A stretch of DNA of 64,000 nucleotides from Planctomycetota bacterium (GCA_029260795.1 JAJDCO010000094.1:161193-225192); one strand, 5' to 3'; shown: positions 46,892-55,632, counted from the stretch's first letter. The notes: a model not told the origin generated them from the letters alone. Made by a program: numbers and translations.

Positions 46892-48334
46892 TCACCATTG
46901 GGCGGCACGCTGGATGGCCCGACGCGCGTAGAGGAACTCGAACAGGTTGCCTTCGTGGGGCTGATCCCACTCGACATGGCCGGTCGGAACGGGACCCAGG
47001 TTGAGCCGATGGATCTCCGGCGAGCGCAGCAGCCGGCTCTGCAGCACGGTGTTCTTCGTGATCGCCGAGACGACCAAGGACGGGCCGAGCGTCTCGATCC
47101 ACTCGTCTTCGGGCAGCTCGACCACACTGACGTACGGAAACAGGAACTCGGTGTTGGCAAGTGGGTGATCGAAGCGTTGGCAGCGGACCACGGTCGGAAG
47201 CAGGTAGGTGGAGCCCTCGACCTCGACTCGGCGCGGCCCGGTTCGAAATCGTGCGGTCAGGTCTTCGGCGCCGCCTTGGGCCAGACCGGCATCGATCGTA
47301 CTGTCAATCCACTCGGCGACCTTGGGGTTGGCGAAAGCCGAGAGCTGCGCCTCGGGATCGGCCGCCGGTCGAGCTTCGATGCGGGCGAGGCGCTCGGCGA
47401 GCGCCTCGGCGATCTCGTCGCCGTGCGCGGGCACGATGATGGCCGAGGCGTTGACGCAGCTGCGCCCGCCGTTCGCCGCGACCGAGTCGGCGAGGACGTC
47501 CAGGTGATCTCGCCACCGCTCGATCTCGTCGGACCCGACGAGCACCTTGCTCCAGCCGGGACCATGGATCTCGATGCCCGGGTTCTGCGCATACTGAGCG
47601 GTCGTCTTCGCATCACCGAAGATCAAGCCGCGTCCACACTGCTCGAGGATCGACGCCGCGCCCTCATGATCGGTCGGGTAGTAGCTGAAGGCCTCGCGGG
47701 GCGCCCCCGCCTCGATGAAGGCCTGCATGATGCGGAGGGGTGTCCAGGGCTCCTCGCGGCCCGGCTTGAGCACGACCGGTATCTTGAGCGCCAGCGCCGG
47801 AATCCAGAGCGAGTTCACGCCCGGCGAGTTGCTCGGGAGCACGATGCCCAGGCTGTTCGTCTGCGGAACGTAGGAGACCGGGACGCCGTCCTGCTCGCCG
47901 ATCCCCGCCTCGAGCACCGACAGATCGAGGCCCCGTGTGAGGCCTTTCAGGATGCGCGGCATCTCCGCGAAGACGCTGTGGATCTTGTCCATGTTGCGGC
48001 GACACAGCACATGGGGAAGACCGCTGGTAGCGCTGAGCGTCTCGACGTACTGCTCGGGACCCTGTCGATCGCCCTGGTCGTTGAGCGGCAGCTCGGCCTG
48101 CATGAACAGCTCACCGGCTCGGCGACAGACGTCGATCATCTCGACGACGCTGAGGTCGGCGAATGGATCGGGACTGCGCTCTTGCTTACGCAGATCGCGA
48201 CGCACCAGGCCGGCATTGACCTGGCTGACCAGGGCGAGGGGTGTGCCATCGCGATGCGAGCGGACCTCGTTGGTCTCGAGGCTCTCATAGAACTGGCCCG
48301 CACGCAGTGCCGGAATGGGAATCGGCTTCGACAT
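46892..48334 (-). CDS. Aldehyde dehydrogenase-superfamily protein, acyl-CoA reductase (LuxC)-like
   Basis: Start set at ATG 48334 (MSKPIPIPALRAGQFYESLE...); ALDH-like fold with candidate catalytic Cys (GGRSCVNAS). LuxC-like assignment is by family recollection and the LuxE/PaaK-like neighbour. Confidence 0.75.
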   Translation of the reverse strand: MSKPIPIPALRAGQFYESLETNEVRSHRDGTPLALVSQVNAGLVRRDLRKQERSPDPFADLSVVEMIDVCRRAGELFMQAELPLNDQGDRQGPEQYVETLSATSGLPHVLCRRNMDKIHSVFAEMPRILKGLTRGLDLSVLEAGIGEQDGVPVSYVPQTNSLGIVLPSNSPGVNSLWIPALALKIPVVLKPGREEPWTPLRIMQAFIEAGAPREAFSYYPTDHEGAASILEQCGRGLIFGDAKTTAQYAQNPGIEIHGPGWSKVLVGSDEIERWRDHLDVLADSVAANGGRSCVNASAIIVPAHGDEIAEALAERLARIEARPAADPEAQLSAFANPKVAEWIDSTIDAGLAQGGAEDLTARFRTGPRRVEVEGSTYLLPTVVRCQRFDHPLANTEFLFPYVSVVELPEDEWIETLGPSLVVSAITKNTVLQSRLLRSPEIHRLNLGPVPTGHVEWDQPHEGNLFEFLYARRAIQRAAQW

Positions 48335-48339
48335 GGTGC

Positions 48340-49416
48340 TCAGTACACTCCTTCGACGATCTTCTCTTCGTTGGCCCGAAAGGGTCGGACCTCGCCGACG
48401 CCATCCCACGGGTATTCGTCGTAGGGCCGGCGCCGGATGGCCTCATCTCGCTCGAGAAAGCGCGGCATGAAGAACTCGCGCGTCAGCGTCGTGAGCTCGA
48501 CTCGACCCCAGGCATCGTAGTCGACCAGCTCGTCGGTCGCTTCGGGCTGAACCACGCGCAGAACCGCCCGTGGCTGAGGCGCATGATAGGTCACCGAGTA
48601 GCCGTCCTCGCGCAGGGTCGGCTTGGAGTGCGCCAGACCCATCAGCGTGTTGCCGTAGGTCGGAACGAGCTTGACCTCGTCCTCGAGCACCTCCTCGACC
48701 AGGAAGCGCAGGATCTGCGGGGACATCTCGGTGCCTCCACAGAAGACTCCCTGGATGCCGGCTTCGGGGATCGAGACGCGCTCGCTGAGCGCCTCGAGGA
48801 GCTTGGGCGTCGTGAACAGCGCACTCACCTTCCGATGCTTCAAGATCGTGACGGCCTGATCGACGACGTGGACCATGTAGGCCTTGGCTTGATCCCCATG
48901 CCCTTCACGAATCAGCCGCTTCACCCAGCGCGGATCGAGATCGATGAAGTAGCAAGAGCAGCCGCGGACGTTGGCGAGGTGCTCGATCGAGAGGCGAAGA
49001 CGTCGCGGCCCGGTCGGGCCCATCATCAGCCAGTAGTGGTTCCGCGGGAACGCGTCGTCGTCGAGCGTCTCCGAGAACTCGCTGTAGTCGATCTTGTAGT
49101 CTTCCCAGCCGATCCGCTGCTTGGGCATGCCGGTCGTGCCGCCGGTCTCGAAGATGGTGAACGGCTTCCCCGCGTAGGCTTTCGGCGCAAAGCGCTCCGG
49201 TTGCTCGACGCGCAGGTGCTCCCCATCGAAGTGGCCGAAGCGGACGAGATCGTCGAAGCCTTGCACTTCGTGCGCGGGATCCCAGCCCGCCTTCTGTGCC
49301 CACTCGAGCCAGAAGGGGCTGCCCGTCTCGGGCGAGAAGTGCCACGGGACGATCTCGCGGATGTGCGCATCCAGCTGGGCGCGAGCTTGCTCCGGATCCT
49401 GGGGACGCGTGCTCAT
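48340..49416 (-). CDS. LuxE/PaaK-family adenylate-forming enzyme (acyl-protein synthetase / phenylacetate-CoA ligase-like)
   Basis: 358 aa; PaaK-type nucleotide-binding motif FETGGTTGMPK; 4-nt overlap with the upstream symporter. Confidence 0.72.
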   Translation of the reverse strand: MSTRPQDPEQARAQLDAHIREIVPWHFSPETGSPFWLEWAQKAGWDPAHEVQGFDDLVRFGHFDGEHLRVEQPERFAPKAYAGKPFTIFETGGTTGMPKQRIGWEDYKIDYSEFSETLDDDAFPRNHYWLMMGPTGPRRLRLSIEHLANVRGCSCYFIDLDPRWVKRLIREGHGDQAKAYMVHVVDQAVTILKHRKVSALFTTPKLLEALSERVSIPEAGIQGVFCGGTEMSPQILRFLVEEVLEDEVKLVPTYGNTLMGLAHSKPTLREDGYSVTYHAPQPRAVLRVVQPEATDELVDYDAWGRVELTTLTREFFMPRFLERDEAIRRRPYDEYPWDGVGEVRPFRANEEKIVEGVY

Positions 49417-51020
49417 TGAGGGTTCTCCACGATGCGTGCCGCCTCATGGACGGCGAAGAAACGATCGACGACGGCGGGGCTGGGGGGCTTCGTCACGAGC
49501 GAGACTCCGACCAGAGTCAGCGCGGAAGCGGCAAAGATATAGACGACGGGCAGCACGCCACCGAGGACGAGGTACTCGTCGGCACCGCGCAGCGTTCCCG
49601 CGATCGCGGGCGCGATGAGCCCGTCATAGAAGAAGGCCGACCACACTCCGACCATCACGAGGACGGAAGCGATAGCGCCTGCCTTGGTCGTGCGTCGCCA
49701 GTACACGGCACAGAACACGAGCGGGAACAGGCTGGCGAAGCCGCTGAAGCACCAGACCGCGAGGTCGAAGATGTTGGGCGGCTTGAGCAGCGACAGAAAG
49801 TAGGTGATCGCGACGATGGCGACGATGAAGCCGCGTCCCAAGAGGAGCTTCCCCCGATCAGTGAGACGGTCCTCACCCACCGCGTGCAGGACGATGTCGT
49901 GCGTGAACATCGTGCCCAGGCAAACGAACTGCGAGTCCATCGAGGACATGATCGCCGCCAGGATGCCCGCCGTGAGGAGCCCGGTCAGAATCGGATTGTG
50001 GAGCAGCTGGTTCACCATCAACGACAAGACGGCGTTCGGGGTGGGCGCCTTGATCCCGTGGCCGGCCGCCCAGATGCCGATCAAGATGCAGGGCACCCAC
50101 ACGATCATGATGAAGATCGGGTGCGCGATGATACTGAGCCGGAAGGTCTTCGCGCTGCGAGCGGTCAGCCAATGCTGGAAGAGGTGCGGAAACATCCCCA
50201 CCGAGAACGGGACCAGCATGTAGCTGAGGAACTGGGCCTTCCCGATCATGCCGTCACGGGTGAGATGATCCTTCGCGTTGTCCTTCACCGCTTGGGTCGC
50301 CGCTTCGAGTCCCCCGAGCCGATCGGAGATCAGCAGGAAGGCGACCACTCCCATGATCATGAAGACCAACGTCTGGAAGGTGTTCGCCCAGGCGGCGCCG
50401 CGCAGCCCGCCACCCGAGATGTAGAAGAGCACTACGGCGCAGACGACCAGGCCTGAGAGCCAGGGGGGCACCGAGCCCACCATGATCATCTTGCCGGCCG
50501 GGTTCAGACGCCCTTCGAAGACGTCCGGGAACATGCCCTGCGTCACGCCTTCCATCACCACTCCGGCGCCCAGCACCCCGATCAAGAGGTACGGGATCAC
50601 CAGCAGGACGAGGATCGGAAACAGTAGGTAACCCAGGCCGTTCGATTCGAAGCGATCGCGGAAGTACTGGATCTGCGTGACGTAGCCGTAGCGCTTGCCG
50701 ATCGCCCACAGCTTGATGCCGACCACGAAGAAGATCAGCGAGTGGATGATGCCCGACGAGGACGCCATCAATCCGTATACGCCGACGCCGAGCTGGTAGG
50801 CCTTGCCCGTCGATCCGACCAGTGCGAACGCGGTCATGGTCGTGCCGAACACGCTCATCAGGAGCAGGAACGGACCGATCGAGCGCGTGGCGACGAAGTA
50901 ATCCGAGCTCGTCCCGCGAAAGAAGCGCTTCGAAACGACGCCGAGCCCGATCAGCAGCATCAGGTACCCGGCGATGACCCACAAGGGACCCAAGTCGCCG
51001 ATCACGGCCAGCGGAGTCAT
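49413..51020 (-). CDS. Sodium:solute symporter family (SSF) transporter
   Basis: Start set at ATG 51020 (MTPLAVIGDLGPLWVIAGYL...); ~13 TM helices with SSF-like organisation. Confidence 0.87.
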   Translation of the reverse strand: MTPLAVIGDLGPLWVIAGYLMLLIGLGVVSKRFFRGTSSDYFVATRSIGPFLLLMSVFGTTMTAFALVGSTGKAYQLGVGVYGLMASSSGIIHSLIFFVVGIKLWAIGKRYGYVTQIQYFRDRFESNGLGYLLFPILVLLVIPYLLIGVLGAGVVMEGVTQGMFPDVFEGRLNPAGKMIMVGSVPPWLSGLVVCAVVLFYISGGGLRGAAWANTFQTLVFMIMGVVAFLLISDRLGGLEAATQAVKDNAKDHLTRDGMIGKAQFLSYMLVPFSVGMFPHLFQHWLTARSAKTFRLSIIAHPIFIMIVWVPCILIGIWAAGHGIKAPTPNAVLSLMVNQLLHNPILTGLLTAGILAAIMSSMDSQFVCLGTMFTHDIVLHAVGEDRLTDRGKLLLGRGFIVAIVAITYFLSLLKPPNIFDLAVWCFSGFASLFPLVFCAVYWRRTTKAGAIASVLVMVGVWSAFFYDGLIAPAIAGTLRGADEYLVLGGVLPVVYIFAASALTLVGVSLVTKPPSPAVVDRFFAVHEAARIVENPQ

Positions 51021-51292
51021 GCCGCACCTCCCGAGCTCGCGTCGTCTTCTTGGGCCGCCCACGCTTCGAGCTCACTCGGCCAGGCGAAGCGCACCACCAA
51101 GGCCCAGACGATCCCGGCAGCAATCGAGATCCCGGCGTGGTAGGCCAGCCCCAGCGGCAGAAAGCCGAAGATCAGCGAGTCGTTCGACCAGTTCCACAGG
51201 TCCTGGCGCAGGATGGCGAGCACCCCGACCAACGACCACACGATCCACCACGCCGTTGGGCGACGGCTTCCACTCATTCCATCGACTCCCAT
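51017..51292 (-). CDS. Small membrane protein, DUF3311-like (class commonly encoded upstream of sodium:solute symporters)
   Basis: 91 aa; two hydrophobic helices (WWIVWSLVGVLAIL..., GLAYHAGISIAAGIVWALVV); ATGA overlap with the symporter start. Confidence 0.55.
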   Translation of the reverse strand: MGVDGMSGSRRPTAWWIVWSLVGVLAILRQDLWNWSNDSLIFGFLPLGLAYHAGISIAAGIVWALVVRFAWPSELEAWAAQEDDASSGGAA

Positions 51293-51441
51293 TCCGGAGC
51301 ACCGGCGATCGAGGAAGTCGAGGGGCCTGGCTCCTTCCCGATCGAGCGCGCACGTCAGTGACGTCCCTCGCGGACGATTGGCGCGTAATCTAGCGAAAAC
51401 AGCCCCGCTTCGCGACGATGTTCGGACGGCACGCGGTCAAT

Positions 51442-51463
51442 CGACCTCCCACCCGATTCGGGG
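51442..51463 (+). repeat. Degenerate copy of dispersed repeat module B (CGACCTCCCACCCGA-TTCGGGG)
   Basis: Matches the core of the modules at 51664-51716, 63442-63479 and 63586-63667 with a short internal deletion. Confidence 0.5.
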
Positions 51464-51566
51464 TCTGTCCAAGAGGTGTCCGAACAAGTGGTCCCGTGAG
51501 ATTCACGAAGGCCACTTCGGACCTTTGGCTTTCAGCCGGCACTTCGACCCTTCGACGAGCCGAATC

Positions 51567-51592
51567 GGAGGGCGGACTTCAGTCCGCTGGAA
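51567..51592 (+). repeat. Dispersed repeat module A (GGAGGGCGGACTTCAGTCCGCTGGA; contains palindrome GCGGACT-TC-AGTCCGC)
   Basis: Near-identical copy at 63524-63550; partial copy at 63491-63506; related GGAGGGCGGACTTCCGCC at ~17240. Confidence 0.6.
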
Positions 51593-51663
51593 GGTCGATC
51601 GACATCAGGCCGCTGCGGTGCGAGTCTAGGGGCGGCCGATGCCCCGACGAACCGACTCGAGGC

Positions 51664-51716
51664 TGACGACCTCCCACCCGAATGAATTCGGGCCTCCGAG
51701 GGGCGGTCTGGAAGCA
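51664..51716 (+). repeat. Dispersed repeat module B (TGACGACCTCCCACCCGAATGAATTCGGGCCTCCGAGGGGCGGTCTGGAAGCA; contains palindrome CCCGAAT-GA-ATTCGGG)
   Basis: Copies at 63442-63479 and, expanded by internal tandem duplication, at 63586-63667; same orientation and same A-then-B order at both loci. Confidence 0.6.
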
Positions 51717-51762
51717 GCCGGCTGTCCGTAATCATCGTCGGTCGACCGCCGGCTTCCCGTCC

Positions 51763-53157
51763 CTACCGATCCACCGCATCACCGACCGCGCGACGACACA
51801 GCTCTTCAGCACGCTTCACCAGCTCGTCGTCCCTCAGCGTCGCGTTCGAGAACACCATCTCGACCGCGATGCTGCCGCGCGCTCCGACCAAGCTCAGAGT
51901 CTCGATCCGATCGGGCCCGGCTCCCTCCAGCCCCTTGGCTGCCAGCACTGCCTGGAAGCCCGGGCGGCGGATCGACTCGTAGCGTGGATCGACGATCCGG
52001 ATGGAGCCGGTCTTCATCGCCTCGTCTTTCAGCTTGCCCAGCTGCTCGAAAGCAGCGACGTAGCCGAGCGCACCGGCCGCGTCCTTGAACTCGTACAGCC
52101 CCACGATGACCTGCTGAGCCGGATTCTCGGCCGGGGCCATCACCAGCAATCGGTTGTGCAGGAGCGATCCGACGACCTGCTCGACGGACTCCTTGGGCAG
52201 GAGGGCGAGCGCGGCCGCGATCTGCGGCTTCACTGCCACGGCTTGCTGCGCATTCCAGCCCTCGAAGGTCTTCGAGAACTCGGTGAGAGCTCCTTCGAAG
52301 TCGTGTTTCAGCTCCGGACGCTTGGAGGGATCGAGATACCACTCGGGATGGAGGATCACGTCGAGATCTGCCGGCGGCTCGCGAAACAGTCGCCCAACCA
52401 GCTCCGCCTGCTCGGCGTCTCCTTGCCCCTCCAGGAGGGTCGCCACGAAGCGCTCGCCGTCGTAGTACGCGACGCTCATCGACGCCGCCGCGACTCGGCT
52501 GAGCAACTTCGTCGCCTCGTCACCCTTTTCGGGAACCCAACCGATGGCCGACGTGAACTGATCGAAGGCCTCTTTCCAGCCCTGCTGCTCGCACACCTGG
52601 CGAGCTCGATGCTGGGCGTATCCTTCGATGATCGCCTGATAGGCCTGAAAGCGGCCGGCCGTCGACAGGGTGTCGAGCACCTTGCCGAACTCGTGCCGCT
52701 GGTCGTCGAGCGCGTGCATCGCCTCGTGGACCAACACGGCTTGCAGGCACTGACGTGAGTTGAGCTCCGGCTTCTCCATGAGCTTCGAGAGGTTCTCGAA
52801 GTTGGTCGCACAGATCAGGATCGTCTGCGAGTCGAATGCATACTTCCCGAGCAGAGCCATCGAGAGCGCGCCGGCACCGAGCCGAGCTTGCGTTTCGGGA
52901 TCTTCGATCCCCTGTGCCCGGAGCTGTCGCTCCAGCTCGGGCCGGAGCACCTTCGCGATGTCCGCCGGCTCGGCGAGGCGCACCTTCGTCTCCGGCATCT
53001 CGAGCTCGAGCGCTGCCTCGATGGCCCGCTCGGCCTCCGACCAGCATTCGCGCAGCAACGCGGCGTCGATCTCGAAGGCATCGGAAGCCTCGAGATCCTG
53101 GCTGCAGGAGAGGGGCGACAGCAACAGGACCGCGATCAGGACAGGAAGGGCACGCAT
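51763..53157 (-). CDS. Secreted HEXXH-motif protein, putative zinc metallopeptidase (paralog-like to 18828-20234)
   Basis: Start set at ATG 53157 (MRALPVLIAVLLLSPLSCS signal); VHEAMHAL followed ~25 aa later by EGYAQH, the same HEXXH...EGxA arrangement as the 18828-20234 protein. Confidence 0.65.
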   Translation of the reverse strand: MRALPVLIAVLLLSPLSCSQDLEASDAFEIDAALLRECWSEAERAIEAALELEMPETKVRLAEPADIAKVLRPELERQLRAQGIEDPETQARLGAGALSMALLGKYAFDSQTILICATNFENLSKLMEKPELNSRQCLQAVLVHEAMHALDDQRHEFGKVLDTLSTAGRFQAYQAIIEGYAQHRARQVCEQQGWKEAFDQFTSAIGWVPEKGDEATKLLSRVAAASMSVAYYDGERFVATLLEGQGDAEQAELVGRLFREPPADLDVILHPEWYLDPSKRPELKHDFEGALTEFSKTFEGWNAQQAVAVKPQIAAALALLPKESVEQVVGSLLHNRLLVMAPAENPAQQVIVGLYEFKDAAGALGYVAAFEQLGKLKDEAMKTGSIRIVDPRYESIRRPGFQAVLAAKGLEGAGPDRIETLSLVGARGSIAVEMVFSNATLRDDELVKRAEELCRRAVGDAVDR

Positions 53158-53365
53158 CGGGATTCTCCTGGAATTCGTCGCAGCGGCGTTGGGCGAGCCG
53201 CGATCATCGCAAAGGAACGCGGGTCCGAGAAGCGCCGTTCGGCCTCGAGGTGACGCCACGACGTTCCCACCACGGCTCTCGACGGAGCCCCTTGCCCCGA
53301 CTGCGGTGCCCGAGGACACTAGGGGCCGGTCCGACGCGCTCGCCCACCGATTCGGGAGGCTGTCC

Positions 53366-54640
53366 GTGCTGTTTTCGCAGGTGATGCTCTTTTCCGTCCT
53401 CCTAGGGACCTCGACCATCCGCGACGAAGAAGCGGCCGCTTGGCCGGACTTTCGTGGACCGCGCGGCGACGGGCACGCCATCGCCACTGCTCGCCCGCCC
53501 GTCGAATGGAGCGAAGAGCGGTACGTGACCTGGAAGACACCCGTTCACGGGCTCGGCTGGTCGTCGCCGGTCGTCGTCGACGGTCAGGTGTGGATGACCA
53601 CCGGCACCGAAGATGGGCACCGACTCTCGGTGGTTGCCGTCGATCTCGCGTCGGGCGCGGTCGTGCACGATCGCGTGCTGTTCGAGGTCGATGAGCCCCA
53701 GTTCCGGAATGCGCTCAATAGCCATGCCTCCCCCTCACCCGTCGCGATGCCTGGCCGCGTGTTCGTCCACTTCGGCGCCTACGGAACGGCGGCCTTGGAC
53801 TCCCGGACGGGCGAGACGGTTTGGCAACGACGCGATCTCCCCTGCCAGCACCTGATGGGACCCGGTTCCTCTCCCGTGCTGGTCGACGGTCGCCTCGTGC
53901 TCACTTTCGACGGGGCCGATCGTCAAGTGGTCGTGGGACTGGACCCGGCGACTGGCGAGACGCTCTGGGAGACGCCGCGCTCGACCGACTTCACGAACAT
54001 CATCCCGGACCAACGCAAGGCTTACGGAACGCCCTTCGTCGCCGAGGTCGACGGCCAGCGGCAGCTGGTGAGCGTGGGCGCGCAGGCGGCGTTCGGACTC
54101 GATCCCCGCACCGGCGTCGAGCTGTGGCAGGTGCGAATCCCCGGCTACTCCATGTCCTCGCGCCCCTTCGCGGGCCGCGGCCTGACCTTCATCAACACCG
54201 GCTTCGATCGACCGCAGCTCTGGGCAATTCGCCTGGGTGGTCTGGGCGATGTGACCGAATCCCACGTAGCATGGAAGGAGACGCGCAGCCTCCCGACCAT
54301 CGCCTCGAAGGTGCTCGTCGACGACCGAATCTACCTGGTCAGTGACGGAGGCGTGCTGGGCTGTTTGAAGGCGGACACCGGCGAGACGATCTGGCGCGAG
54401 CGCATCGGGGGCCGCTTCTGCGCCTCGCCGATCGTGGCCGGCGGACACGTCTACTTCTTCGACCGCGAGGGCATGGCCACGGTGATCGTACCCGAGGACG
54501 AGTATCGCCTCGTCGCCCAGAACAGCCTCGAGGCGGGCTGCATGGCATCGCCCGCCGTCATCGGAAACGCCCTCATCGTCCGCACGACCTCCCACCTCTA
54601 TCGGATCGAGGGCCCGAAGCGGGCCGACTCGAAACGCTAG
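53366..54640 (+). CDS. PQQ-like beta-propeller repeat protein (paralog 6)
   Basis: Start tentatively GTG 53366, preceded by GGGAGG 6 nt upstream (ATG 53384 is an alternative); WPDFRGPRGDG motif; propeller repeats. Confidence 0.78.
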   Translation: MLFSQVMLFSVLLGTSTIRDEEAAAWPDFRGPRGDGHAIATARPPVEWSEERYVTWKTPVHGLGWSSPVVVDGQVWMTTGTEDGHRLSVVAVDLASGAVVHDRVLFEVDEPQFRNALNSHASPSPVAMPGRVFVHFGAYGTAALDSRTGETVWQRRDLPCQHLMGPGSSPVLVDGRLVLTFDGADRQVVVGLDPATGETLWETPRSTDFTNIIPDQRKAYGTPFVAEVDGQRQLVSVGAQAAFGLDPRTGVELWQVRIPGYSMSSRPFAGRGLTFINTGFDRPQLWAIRLGGLGDVTESHVAWKETRSLPTIASKVLVDDRIYLVSDGGVLGCLKADTGETIWRERIGGRFCASPIVAGGHVYFFDREGMATVIVPEDEYRLVAQNSLEAGCMASPAVIGNALIVRTTSHLYRIEGPKRADSKR

Positions 54641-54663
54641 CCTCCGTCGGGTTCACACTTGCC

Positions 54664-55611
54664 ATGACATCGCCGATCGATCCCCGCGAAGATCCCCGCG
54701 CCTTCTTCCAACGTCCCGAGCTCATGGCCCTGCCCTGGGTCGAGTCGCCTTTCTTCGAGCAGCTCCTGGTGAACAGCGGGCTGCCGGAGTCCCAGCAGGA
54801 CCAAGCCCGGCGATTCTCGCGCGATGGTCTCCTGACCCTCGAGCTGGGCGATGAGCAATTCCAGGACACGGCTGGTCGCATCATCGCGCGCCTGGCCGAT
54901 CGTTATCCCGAAGGGAACCGGCGAGTGGCTGAGGCGTGGACGTTCCATGAAGACGTGCGCGGCCTCGCGGGCCACCCGATTGTCATCGACACGCTTCGCA
55001 TGCTGTACGGTCGCGAGCCACTTCCGTTCCAGACGCTGAACTTCGACGCCGGCACCCAGCAGCTCGGGCACAGCGATGTCGTTCATTTCTACGCGCGACC
55101 CCGGCGTTTCATGTGCGGCGTCTGGATCGCGCTCGAGGACATCGACGGCGACAACGGGCCACTCTTCTACTACCCGGGCAGCCACCGCCTACCCGAGTAC
55201 GACTTCAGCGACCTGGGACTGAAGCCCGACATCAGCGAGTAAGCGACCTACGAGTCGTTCGTGCGCGCGCTCGTGCACGTCGAGGGCTTCGAGCGGCAGG
55301 AGCTCCACCTCCGCCGCGGGCAGGCCGTCATCTGGGCCGCCAACCTCGTGCATGGCGGCACCCCGGTGAAGGACTCGGCGCGCACACGGCACAGCCAAGT
55401 CACCCACGACTACTTCGACGGCGGCGCCTGGTACATGCCGCTCGGCTCCGACCCCTTCGGGGGCCAGGTCTGCTTCCGAGAGGTCATCGACATTCGAACG
55501 GGCCGCATGGTCCCCCCCCACCTGGCCGGACAGGTGCTCGACCTCGACGCTCAGCCGACCGTCTGGCGCTACCCGCGTCCCCTGCCCGACTGGGTCGTCG
55601 TCGATCGATGA
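54664..55611 (+). pseudogene. Phytanoyl-CoA dioxygenase (PhyH) family Fe(II)/2-oxoglutarate oxygenase interrupted by one in-frame TAA (55240-55242)
   Basis: ORFs 54664-55242 and 55261-55611 are in the same frame, separated only by TAA. Upstream part carries the HxD region (GHSDVVHFYARP...YYPGSHRL); downstream part carries the distal-His region (GQAVIWAANLVHGGTP...RTRHSQVTHYF). Together they make one ~315 aa PhyH-like protein. Confidence 0.65.
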
Positions 55612-55632
55612 GCTTCGAGGGGACATTCGACG

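Noticed and set aside
46880-48424. 514-aa plus-strand ORF antisense to the LuxC-like gene (similar antisense ORFs at 58810-60246 opposite gdhA and 24545-25759 opposite the cytochrome gene)
   Set aside because: Each is antisense to a gene with strong family signatures; no motifs of their own.
45703-49416. Bioluminescence (lux) operon
   Set aside because: Only LuxC-like and LuxE/PaaK-like components are present; no luxA/luxB luciferase or luxD transferase homologue is visible.
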